From an uncultured Candidatus Saccharibacteria bacterium (GTDB lineage Bacteria; Patescibacteriota; Minisyncoccia; UBA6257; HR35): DNA of 64,000 nt. Below, one piece after another: positions 52,958 to 64,000 of the stretch. The position numbers and the translations under genes are program-made. The stretch covers positions 8,564-72,563 of the forward strand of contig CAZZNB010000042.1 in the NCBI GenBank assembly GCA_964655375.1, read 5' to 3'. Position 1 is the stretch's first letter. Every line of letters begins with the position of its first letter. The notes below the pieces were generated by a model. That model made no database searches. It was not told the origin of the DNA and saw only the letters and a list, made by a program, of their open reading frames with translations.

Positions 52958-54162
52958 AAAAATTCGAATTTAGAGGTTTTGACAAAGAAGGAAATTTTAA
53001 AGTGGGTATTATTCAAGCTGTTGATAAAGAATCAGCTATAAAAACATTACACAGTCAAAATTTAGTAGTTACTTTTATAAAAGAAGTTGGGGAAATTCAA
53101 CCATTAATAACTTGGGGGAATATTTCTTTATTAGATTTAGCATTCTTTTATAGAGCCCTTAAATATTTATTAAAATCAGGAACATCCTTAGATGAAGCAA
53201 TAAAATCTTTAGCAAATCAAACAAATAAATTAAATTTTAAAAGAGTTTTAGAAGATGTGTATAATAACATATTAGCAGGAGTTCCACTTTCACAATCATT
53301 AGAAAAGCATCCAAGTATCTTTGATAAATCAGCCATAAGGCTAATCAGAATAGGAGAACTTTCAGGTAATTTAGAAGAAGTTTTAGAAAATTTAGCTAAA
53401 CATTATGAAAACCAACATAAATTTAAAACAAAATTAATTCAATCTATGTATTATCCAATTATTGTAATTTTGATATTTTTAGTAACGATGTTTGTTTTAT
53501 TTTTCAATGTGATACCTAAAATTGCCAATTTGTTTAAAGAAAATAACCTCACTTTACCATTGGTTACTCAATATTTTGTAATTATCTCAGAATTTTTAGT
53601 TAATAATGGAATTTATGTTTTGCTTTTTTTAATTTTTGTAATCTATATATTAGTTGAATATTTCCGCTCTGATGAAGGGAAATTAGTTTTATATAATTTT
53701 TTATCTAATTTGCCTATTTTTGGGATTCTGTTAAAAGAAATTCAAATATTAAATTTTTTGGAATCACTTTCTTATTTAATAAAAGGTGGGGTACCTATTT
53801 CAGAAAGCTTAAAAATTGTTGGAGAAAGCACAACTAATCCATATTATAAATCAGCGGTTTTATTTATAGCAGAAGAAACAGAAAAAGGTAAACCAATATC
53901 TCTTTCTCTTTCTAATTTTTCTGATCTATTTCCTGGTTTAGTTCAACAAGCCTTTGCTACAGGAGAGAGAACAGGTAATTTATATAATTCTTTGATAACA
54001 ATAATAGATTATTATACAGCTGATTTAGAAAATAGAACTAACAATTTAACTGAAGCCCTTCAGCCATTAATGATAGTAATTTTAGCAGCAGGATTAGTCT
54101 TTGTAGAAATGTCTTTATTATTGCCTATTTCACAACTTGCTAAATCATTAAGTACATATTAA
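52954..54162 (+). CDS. pilC: Pilus platform protein PilC/GspF
   Basis: Two GspF repeats (GELSGNL, GERTGNL) and TM helices. Confidence 0.92.
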   Translation: MKKFEFRGFDKEGNFKVGIIQAVDKESAIKTLHSQNLVVTFIKEVGEIQPLITWGNISLLDLAFFYRALKYLLKSGTSLDEAIKSLANQTNKLNFKRVLEDVYNNILAGVPLSQSLEKHPSIFDKSAIRLIRIGELSGNLEEVLENLAKHYENQHKFKTKLIQSMYYPIIVILIFLVTMFVLFFNVIPKIANLFKENNLTLPLVTQYFVIISEFLVNNGIYVLLFLIFVIYILVEYFRSDEGKLVLYNFLSNLPIFGILLKEIQILNFLESLSYLIKGGVPISESLKIVGESTTNPYYKSAVLFIAEETEKGKPISLSLSNFSDLFPGLVQQAFATGERTGNLYNSLITIIDYYTADLENRTNNLTEALQPLMIVILAAGLVFVEMSLLLPISQLAKSLSTY

Positions 54163-54163
54163 G

Positions 54164-54207
54164 TTATCCACAATTTAATTTTCAATTAAATTTTTTTATT
54201 GTATAAT
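54164..54207 (+). promoter_or_regulatory. DnaA box plus -10 element of the pilin promoter
   Basis: TTATCCACA 54164-54172, weak -35 TTTCAA, TATAAT 54202-54207. Confidence 0.55.
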
Positions 54208-54262
54208 TTATTATATAAATAATTTAGAGGTCGAATTAATAAAAAAATAAAATAATTAAAAA

Positions 54263-54742
54263 ATGAATAAAAAAGCATTTACTTTAGTCGAATTAGCAGT
54301 AGTTCTTTTAGTAATAGGTATTTTAGCAGGTCTATTATTAAGAAACTTAGGAGGCTTTACATCTTCAGCTAGGGATCAAAGAAGAATAGGAGATTTAAGG
54401 AATGTTTCTGCGTATATTACATCTTATTATTCAAGACAAGGTCAATATCCAACTGCCACCAATTGGGCTGATTTAGAAAATCAATTAAGGAATGCAGGTG
54501 TATTAGGGCCTGGCGTTAATTTACCAAGAGATCCATCTTCTCCTAATAGAGATTATGAATATGCTCATTGTACTTCAGCAGGAGGAGTAATCACTAATTA
54601 TATATTGAGAGCTGTCTTAGAAGCTTCAAGAGACCAAGCTCCTCAATTATACCAAGGTGCTATAACAAACATCCCACCTGAACTAACGTGCAATCCTAGT
54701 ATTACTTGTGGTGGAAATAACGAGTATTGCCTCTTATTCTAA
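54263..54742 (+). CDS. Type IV pilin (GspG-like, probable major pilin)
   Basis: MNKKA/FTLVEL, ARDQRRIGDL, YP, LPRDP, C-terminal Cys. Confidence 0.92.
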   Translation: MNKKAFTLVELAVVLLVIGILAGLLLRNLGGFTSSARDQRRIGDLRNVSAYITSYYSRQGQYPTATNWADLENQLRNAGVLGPGVNLPRDPSSPNRDYEYAHCTSAGGVITNYILRAVLEASRDQAPQLYQGAITNIPPELTCNPSITCGGNNEYCLLF

Positions 54743-54760
54743 AATTTAAATAATTAATTA

Positions 54761-55606
54761 ATGTTATATTTTATATGGGGATTATTTTGGGGTTCATTTT
54801 TAAATACTGCTGCATATAGATTAGTTAGAAAGGAAGAGTTTATTTATACTAAATCTAAATGTCCGTATTGTGGGAAAATTTTGAAGTGGTATGAGTTAAT
54901 TCCTTTGATAAGTTTCATTGTTCAAAAAGGAAAATGTAGAAATTGTAAAAATAAAATATCTTTAAGATATCCTATAGCCGAGTTAATAACAGGATTGTTT
55001 ACTTATGGTTGTGCAGCAAAAGCTGGATTATTGATGAATTTAAATTTTTATAATTTTGCTTTTTTCCTTTATGTTTTATTTTTTTATTCAATTTTATTTG
55101 TTTTAGCATTATATGATTTAGAAACTTTTTATATTGAAGAAAAAACATTTTATTTCGGAATAATTGGTTGGTTAATTTTTGCAATTATTTTTTTATTTAT
55201 TCCTCCACCTAAATTTGAATTAACCAATGGTTTTAACTATTTTTTAAATTTACCCGTAAAGCAAACAAAGTTTTCTTTTATATTAAACTCTTTATTTAGA
55301 GGATTCATTTTTTCTGTTTTTATTTTGCTTCTTTTTGTTTTTACTTTGGGGAAAGGTATAGGTTTAGGAGATCTTAAAATCGCTTTCTTTTCAGCTCTTT
55401 TTTTAAATTTTGGAGATATGATTGCTTTAATTTTACTTTCTTCATTTTTAGGAAGTATTATAGGTATATATAAAATAATTAAAAATAAAAAATTTTTTAA
55501 TGAAATTCCTTTTATCCCTTTAGTTTTTGCAAGCGCTTTTATATTGTTATTTTTAGGAGAATATTTGTTTTATCAATTTAATAATTTTATGTTAAAATTA
55601 AATTGA
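54761..55606 (+). CDS. pilD: Prepilin peptidase
   Basis: GSFLN...R, SKCPYC, GKCRNC...ISLRYP, YD, GLGD, IPFIP. Confidence 0.93.
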   Translation: MLYFIWGLFWGSFLNTAAYRLVRKEEFIYTKSKCPYCGKILKWYELIPLISFIVQKGKCRNCKNKISLRYPIAELITGLFTYGCAAKAGLLMNLNFYNFAFFLYVLFFYSILFVLALYDLETFYIEEKTFYFGIIGWLIFAIIFLFIPPPKFELTNGFNYFLNLPVKQTKFSFILNSLFRGFIFSVFILLLFVFTLGKGIGLGDLKIAFFSALFLNFGDMIALILLSSFLGSIIGIYKIIKNKKFFNEIPFIPLVFASAFILLFLGEYLFYQFNNFMLKLN

Positions 55607-56220
55607 TGAATAGAAAAAGCTTTACCTTATTTGAGTCAACCGTAGTTTTACTTATTTCAACACTTATTTTAGGAACAGCATTTACCTTAACGATGATAAA
55701 TAAAAAATTTTATGAATTTCAAAAAACAAAATTATTGTTAGCTGAAAATTTAAAAATAGCACAAGATTTGAGCTTTAAAAAAATTGAATTATCCGATCCT
55801 ACTTCAACTGTTTGCGGGGTAGGTATTTTAATAACAAAATCAGGTTATATAGGAATAGCTTATGCTACAGCTACTTTAGATTGCTATAAAATAGCAAGTA
55901 ATACGCCGGAAGAATTTAATTTTACTTCAAAAAAACCAGATCTATTTTTTACGAAAACATTGCAAATTGTTAGAGATGAAAATCACCCCTTACTAGTAAG
56001 AGAAGGCTTTGAAAATATTCAAATTCAATATTCTACTGGAACTGCTTTAAATGACTTTAACTCATCTTCTATTCTATTCATACATCCTTATGGAGATCCT
56101 CTAATATATATTGATAATAATAAAATAGATTTTGATAGAGAATTTAAGCTAATATTCAAAGAAAATAATGAGCATGCAACAATTACAATCACAACAGCAG
56201 GGCAGATTATTGCTAAATAG
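55603..56220 (+). CDS. Minor pilin (FimU/GspH-like)
   Basis: NRKS/FTLFES plus hydrophobic helix; C-terminal I.ITTAG.I. Confidence 0.75.
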   Translation: MMNRKSFTLFESTVVLLISTLILGTAFTLTMINKKFYEFQKTKLLLAENLKIAQDLSFKKIELSDPTSTVCGVGILITKSGYIGIAYATATLDCYKIASNTPEEFNFTSKKPDLFFTKTLQIVRDENHPLLVREGFENIQIQYSTGTALNDFNSSSILFIHPYGDPLIYIDNNKIDFDREFKLIFKENNEHATITITTAGQIIAK

Positions 56221-56668
56221 AAGCCAAACTATAGTAGAAATTTTTATAGCCTTGATGATATTTTCAATTGCCTTTATAAGCTTAATAGTTCTAGTAAATA
56301 ATTACATAAAAATACTTAAAGCAGCTAAAGATAGAATAATAGCCAATTTTTTAGCTCAAGAAGGAATAGATTTAGTAATTGCTAAAAGAAATATAAATAA
56401 AGCTCAAAAACTTAATTGGCTTGATGGTTTTTACAATAATTTTTGTATAGATATAAATTTAAATATCATTCAATCAAATGATATATCAAATTGCCCTCTT
56501 TATATCAATAATAACCAATTTACACATACTCCTTCATCCACTTCTACTACTTTTAGTAGGTTAATATCTTTAACAACCTCTACACATATAGCTACAGTTA
56601 CAAGTATGGTTCAATTTGAAGATCAAACAGTTGAATTGCAAACAATTATTACAGATTGGATACCATGA
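56210..56668 (+). CDS. Minor pilin (PilV-like); TTG start at 56210 likely, ORF open from 56168
   Basis: NRS/QTIVEI, A.FLAQEGID, FSR.I, terminal DW. Confidence 0.75.
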   Translation: MLNRSQTIVEIFIALMIFSIAFISLIVLVNNYIKILKAAKDRIIANFLAQEGIDLVIAKRNINKAQKLNWLDGFYNNFCIDINLNIIQSNDISNCPLYINNNQFTHTPSSTSTTFSRLISLTTSTHIATVTSMVQFEDQTVELQTIITDWIP

Positions 56669-57182
56669 AAAAAAGAAGCTTTACTGTTTTAGAGGTAATG
56701 ACAGCAATTTTAATATTTTTAATAGGAATTGGTGTAATTGCTGGAATGTACGTCAATTTAGTAAAACATTATTTAATTTCTCAAAATATTCAAATAGCTT
56801 TAGGAAATGTTAAGTTAGCCTTAGAAAAGATTTGGAGAGAAATGAAATACGGTATAAATTTTTCAACTACTACTAATGGATTAATATATCAAAGAATAAC
56901 AGATTGTAAAAAAGTAACAATTAGCTATGAACCAACTTCAAAGTCAATTTTATATATTTTAGATAATAACACATCAACTTTAATAGACCCTGAATATTTT
57001 GAAGTTAACAATTTTTCAGTTTATGCTACAGGTAGCTTAGCTAATTCAGGAGATTACAATATAACTTCTTTCAAGTTAATTACTATTTCTTTAGGAGGAA
57101 TTGCAAGAGCTAAATCTATTGATGTTCCCGTCAATTTACAAATTTCAGTCGCTCCTATTAATAGTGTTTTTGCTTCAACAAC

Positions 57183-57195
<13 letters not shown>
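56665..57195 (+). CDS. Minor pilin (PilW-like)
   Basis: MKKRS/FTVLEV, ALEKIWREMK. Confidence 0.78.
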
Positions 57196-60241
<3,046 letters not shown>

Positions 60242-60275
60242 AATAAAATAAATTTTAAGCAAAAATTTTTTAAAG

Positions 60276-61478
60276 TCAAGACTTGTGGAATTTAGGAATT
60301 ATCTTAAAGGTTAAGAACTTTGTAAAAAATACAGCTGTTAACATGCTTGTTAAAACTCCTAATCCTAATGTTAATGCAAATCCTTTTACAAAAGATGTTG
60401 TTAAAATATACATAAAAATAACCGAGATTATTGTTGATATATTTGAGTCTCTTATAGAAGGCCATGCTCTATTAAATCCTAATTCTAAAGCTGAATTAAT
60501 TTTATTTCTTTTCAGTTCTTCTTTAATTCTTTCAGCAATTAATATGTTAGCGTCAACTGCCATTCCTATCGATAAAATAAAACCTGTTATACCAGCTAAA
60601 GAAAGTACTACTCCCAAGATCTTATATATAAATAAATTAAGAAAAATATACAAAATTAAAGCAATTACAGCTACTACCCCTTGTAGTCGATAATAAAAAA
60701 TCATAAACAGAGCAACTAAAATAAACCCAATAATACCCCCTTTTATTGAAAACATTAAAAATTTTTCACCTAATTCAGGAGCAACTACAGAAACCCCTAT
60801 CAACTTTAAGGGAACAGGTAATGCTCCTTGTTTTAATCTATAAGCCAATTCTTTTGCTTCTAACCAAGTAAAATTTCCTTCTATAATTGCTTTTCCTCCA
60901 GAAATCTTTTCTCTTACTACAGGTACAGAAATGGGTTCATTATCTAAGTAAATAGCAATTGGCTGGTTGATATATTTTTCTGTTAGATTTTCAAATATTT
61001 TAGCGCCTTCTTTATTAAATTCTAATTCCACTACAGGGAAACCTGTTTGTGTATTTAAAACAGCATTAGCATTTATTAAATACTTACCTGTAAGTTCTGA
61101 AGGAACAAAGATAGTAGTTGTTCCTGTTTGTAAGGGAACTCTGAATTCTAAAACAGGAGTAGAGCCTATCATATCAATTGCAATTTTAGGGTCTTTTATA
61201 TGAGGTATTTCTACAATAATTCTTCCTGAATTAGAATAACTTATATTTGTTTCAGAAATTCCTAAAGCATTAATCCTTCTTTCAATTAAATCTTTAATTG
61301 AAACTAATGTATCACCGATCTCATTATTTTTTATATTAGATAAATCTGCATTATAATATAAAATAACACCACCTGCTAAATCTAAACCAAATTTGAACCT
61401 CAAAAAATTAGTAAATACAAAAAATGTACTTATTATAAAAATAACGGTAAAAATAATTAAATAATATTCTGTTTTCAT
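60276..61478 (-). CDS. secD: Protein translocase subunit SecD
   Basis: GLDLAGG, RRINALG, GALPVPL, IGMAVDANILIAERI. Confidence 0.95.
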   Translation of the reverse strand: MKTEYYLIIFTVIFIISTFFVFTNFLRFKFGLDLAGGVILYYNADLSNIKNNEIGDTLVSIKDLIERRINALGISETNISYSNSGRIIVEIPHIKDPKIAIDMIGSTPVLEFRVPLQTGTTTIFVPSELTGKYLINANAVLNTQTGFPVVELEFNKEGAKIFENLTEKYINQPIAIYLDNEPISVPVVREKISGGKAIIEGNFTWLEAKELAYRLKQGALPVPLKLIGVSVVAPELGEKFLMFSIKGGIIGFILVALFMIFYYRLQGVVAVIALILYIFLNLFIYKILGVVLSLAGITGFILSIGMAVDANILIAERIKEELKRNKINSALELGFNRAWPSIRDSNISTIISVIFMYILTTSFVKGFALTLGLGVLTSMLTAVFFTKFLTFKIIPKFHKS

Positions 61479-61487
61479 AATTTAAAA

Positions 61488-63041
61488 TTATATCAAAGGC
61501 TCTCCCTCCCAATCATGTGGTATTTCTAAATTTAATAATTTTAATATTGTAGGAGCAATATTTATTAAGCTTCCTTTTATTTTTTTCTCTTCAATTCTTC
61601 TTTCATTACTCTTTTTTTCTATATAAAAATTTTTGTTTATTATATAACAAGGTACAGGATTTACATCATGGGTAGTCTGTGGTTCTCCAGTTTTTAAATT
61701 TATCATACTTTCTATATTTCCATGATCACTTGTAAGGATCATAACCCAATCCTCTTTATTTATTATTTCATTGTAAATCCTTTTCATCTCATAATTTAAT
61801 CCCTCAACTACTTTTATAGCTAAATTTATATCTCCTGTATGGCCAATAATATCAGGGGCAGAATAATTAGCAGCAATAAAAGCATAAATATTTTCTTTAA
61901 TGCCATTAATAATAAGCTCAGTAATTAATTTGCTTTGTAAAAGCGGATTTTCTTTAAAACCTTTCTCGCTTGGTGGCAAAATTTTCCAATATTCACCAGG
62001 ATGAGGTTCATTCACAAATCCATTAAAAAAATAAGTCAAATGATAAGCCTTATATCTTTCTGCTATTTTTAGTTGTAATAAATTATTTTCAGAGATAATT
62101 TTAGATATACTGGTATAAATCTTAATAGGAGGAAAAGCTACAGGATAGTCGATATTTTCCAAATATCTTGTCATAGAAGCTATAAATAAATTATTTTTAG
62201 ATGTTCTTTTAAAATATGGGAATTCTATTTCTAAAAAAGCTCTAGCAAGTTGTAACATTCCGTCAGGTCTAAAATTAAAAAAGAAAATTGCATCATTGTC
62301 TTTTACGATTCCATCTTTTTCAATTAAAAGAGGCTCTAAATTTTCATCTATGAAATTAGGATTATTTTCATAAATATTTTTTATATAAGATTTATAGTCT
62401 TCTACTTCTCTGCCTACTCCTTCTGTTATCAAATAAAATGCAACCTGAGTTTTAATCTTCCAATATTCGTTTCTGTCCATCCCATATGTTCTTCCACATA
62501 ATGTAGCTATTTTACCAACCCCGCTTCTTGTTATTTCCTTTTCTAGTTTTTCTAACAAACTCAATCCTGATTGTGGTGGGCTATCTTTACCATCTAAAAA
62601 TAGATGTAAATAGACTCTATAAAAGTTATTTTTTTTAAAAAAATCTAATAGAGCTATTAAATGTTCGTAAGCAGAATGAATTATTCCTTCTGTTAGTAAG
62701 CCTACTAAATGGACTCTACTGTTATATTTTCGAGCATGATCTAAGCAAGCTATTAAAACTTCATTTTTAAAAAAACTACCATCTCTTATTGCTAAAGTTA
62801 TTCTAGGATAGTTTTGATAATAAACTTTCCCAATCCCCATACATAAATGCCCAACTTCACTATTTCCTTCTTCTTTCCAGGGTAATCCTACAGCTATACC
62901 AGAGGCTTGGAGAAGATAAAATGGAAAATGATCTTTTATAAATTCAAAAAAATCTTTTTCTTTTGCTAAATATATAGGATTACTATAATCATTTCTACCT
63001 TCTCCCCAACCATCCAAAATTATTAATAAAACCTTTCTCAT
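61488..63041 (-). CDS. gpmI: 2,3-BPG-independent phosphoglycerate mutase
   Basis: ILDGWG, GNSEVGH, NFRPD, DIIGHTG, SDHGN. Confidence 0.95.
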   Translation of the reverse strand: MRKVLLIILDGWGEGRNDYSNPIYLAKEKDFFEFIKDHFPFYLLQASGIAVGLPWKEEGNSEVGHLCMGIGKVYYQNYPRITLAIRDGSFFKNEVLIACLDHARKYNSRVHLVGLLTEGIIHSAYEHLIALLDFFKKNNFYRVYLHLFLDGKDSPPQSGLSLLEKLEKEITRSGVGKIATLCGRTYGMDRNEYWKIKTQVAFYLITEGVGREVEDYKSYIKNIYENNPNFIDENLEPLLIEKDGIVKDNDAIFFFNFRPDGMLQLARAFLEIEFPYFKRTSKNNLFIASMTRYLENIDYPVAFPPIKIYTSISKIISENNLLQLKIAERYKAYHLTYFFNGFVNEPHPGEYWKILPPSEKGFKENPLLQSKLITELIINGIKENIYAFIAANYSAPDIIGHTGDINLAIKVVEGLNYEMKRIYNEIINKEDWVMILTSDHGNIESMINLKTGEPQTTHDVNPVPCYIINKNFYIEKKSNERRIEEKKIKGSLINIAPTILKLLNLEIPHDWEGEPLI

Positions 63042-63110
63042 TTTGAGCTATTTAAAAATATTTATAATATTATAATATGAGGGCCGAAATTTATATTTAC
63101 AAAATTTACC

Positions 63111-64000
63111 ATGAACATTGTATTTCAACTGTCTTTTATGATATTGTATTTTGTAATTTTTACTATAGGTATAATAGTAGGGATTTTAATAAGATATCTT
63201 TTTATCAGGAAAAAAACAGAATCTATAGAATACAAACTTAAGTTAAGAATAGAAGAGCTTAAAAGGAAAGAACAAGAACTTTTACTTGAAGCAGAAAAGA
63301 AGGCATTTGAATTGTTAGAATCTGCTAAAAAAGAAAAAGAAGAGATATTAAAAGATTTGAAAATAAGAGAAGAAAGAATAATTAAAAAAGAAGAACTTAT
63401 TGAGAAGAAGGAAAGAGAAATAGAGGAAGAAAAAGAAAAGTATAAAAATCTGATGCAAGAAATAGAGAATAAAGAGAAGGAATATTTAAGATTAAAAGAA
63501 GAATATGAAAGCAAATTACAAAATATTGCAGAAATAAGCAAAGAAAAAGCCCTTGAAATTTTATTTCAGCAGCTAGAGAAGGAAAATGAAAATATTTTAG
63601 CTAAAAGAATAAGTAAATTGTTAAATAACCAAAGAGAAGAAATAGAAAAGAAAGCCCAAGAGGTGATTTTAGAAGTCCTTCCTAGATATAGTAGATCAGT
63701 GGCGAGTGAATTTAATATAACTGTTGTAAATCTTCCAAGCGAAGAAATGAAAGGCAGAATTATAGGAAAAGAAGGTAGAAATATTAGATATTTTGAAAAA
63801 TTAGCAGGCGTGCAATTGATTATAGATGAAACCCCAGAATTAGTAACAATTTCTTCTTTTGATCCTATAAGAAGAGAGATAGCTAGATTAGCATTAGAAA
63901 AATTGATTAAAGACGGGAGAATTCAACCAGCCACTATAGAAGAAGCAATTTTATCTGCTAAGAATCAAGTAGAGGAAGAAATTAAAAAAGCTGGTAAATC
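63111..64000 (+). CDS. rny: Ribonuclease Y, truncated by the window end (absent from the ORF track)
   Basis: N-terminal TM, coiled coil, EMKGRIIGKEGRNIR, SSFDPIRRE, DGRIQP. Confidence 0.95.
   Translation, partial: MNIVFQLSFMILYFVIFTIGIIVGILIRYLFIRKKTESIEYKLKLRIEELKRKEQELLLEAEKKAFELLESAKKEKEEILKDLKIREERIIKKEELIEKKEREIEEEKEKYKNLMQEIENKEKEYLRLKEEYESKLQNIAEISKEKALEILFQQLEKENENILAKRISKLLNNQREEIEKKAQEVILEVLPRYSRSVASEFNITVVNLPSEEMKGRIIGKEGRNIRYFEKLAGVQLIIDETPELVTISSFDPIRREIARLALEKLIKDGRIQPATIEEAILSAKNQVEEEIKKAGK

Noticed and set aside
63125-63541. 138-aa minus-strand ORF, and similar antisense ORFs throughout the track
   Set aside because: Antisense shadows of real genes (here rny) produced by codon bias.

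Overview
64 kb of very AT-rich, densely packed core chromosome (genetic code 11), most likely from a Patescibacteria/CPR (Parcubacteria-like) bacterium. The GC-rich 16S and tRNAs suggest a warm habitat. It holds a stand-alone 16S rRNA gene, three tRNAs, rpoBC, tuf, broken-up ribosomal-protein clusters, aminoacyl-tRNA synthetases (including an archaeal-type TyrRS), ftsA, ftsK, a Xer recombinase, a full type IV pilus/competence locus, extra pilins and a probable surface-layer protein. I saw no mobile elements or CRISPR arrays. The most interesting signal is an apparently non-Shine-Dalgarno translation-initiation scheme. The 16S has lost its anti-SD tail and many genes look leaderless. Genes for high-copy proteins (tuf, rplL, major pilins, surface protein) instead carry a GG(T/C)CG box about 19-29 nt upstream of the start, complementary to the 16S helix-26 loop. 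Separately, three surface-structure promoters have a perfect DnaA box at a fixed distance upstream of the -10 hexamer. All calls were made by eye; no searches or computations were run.
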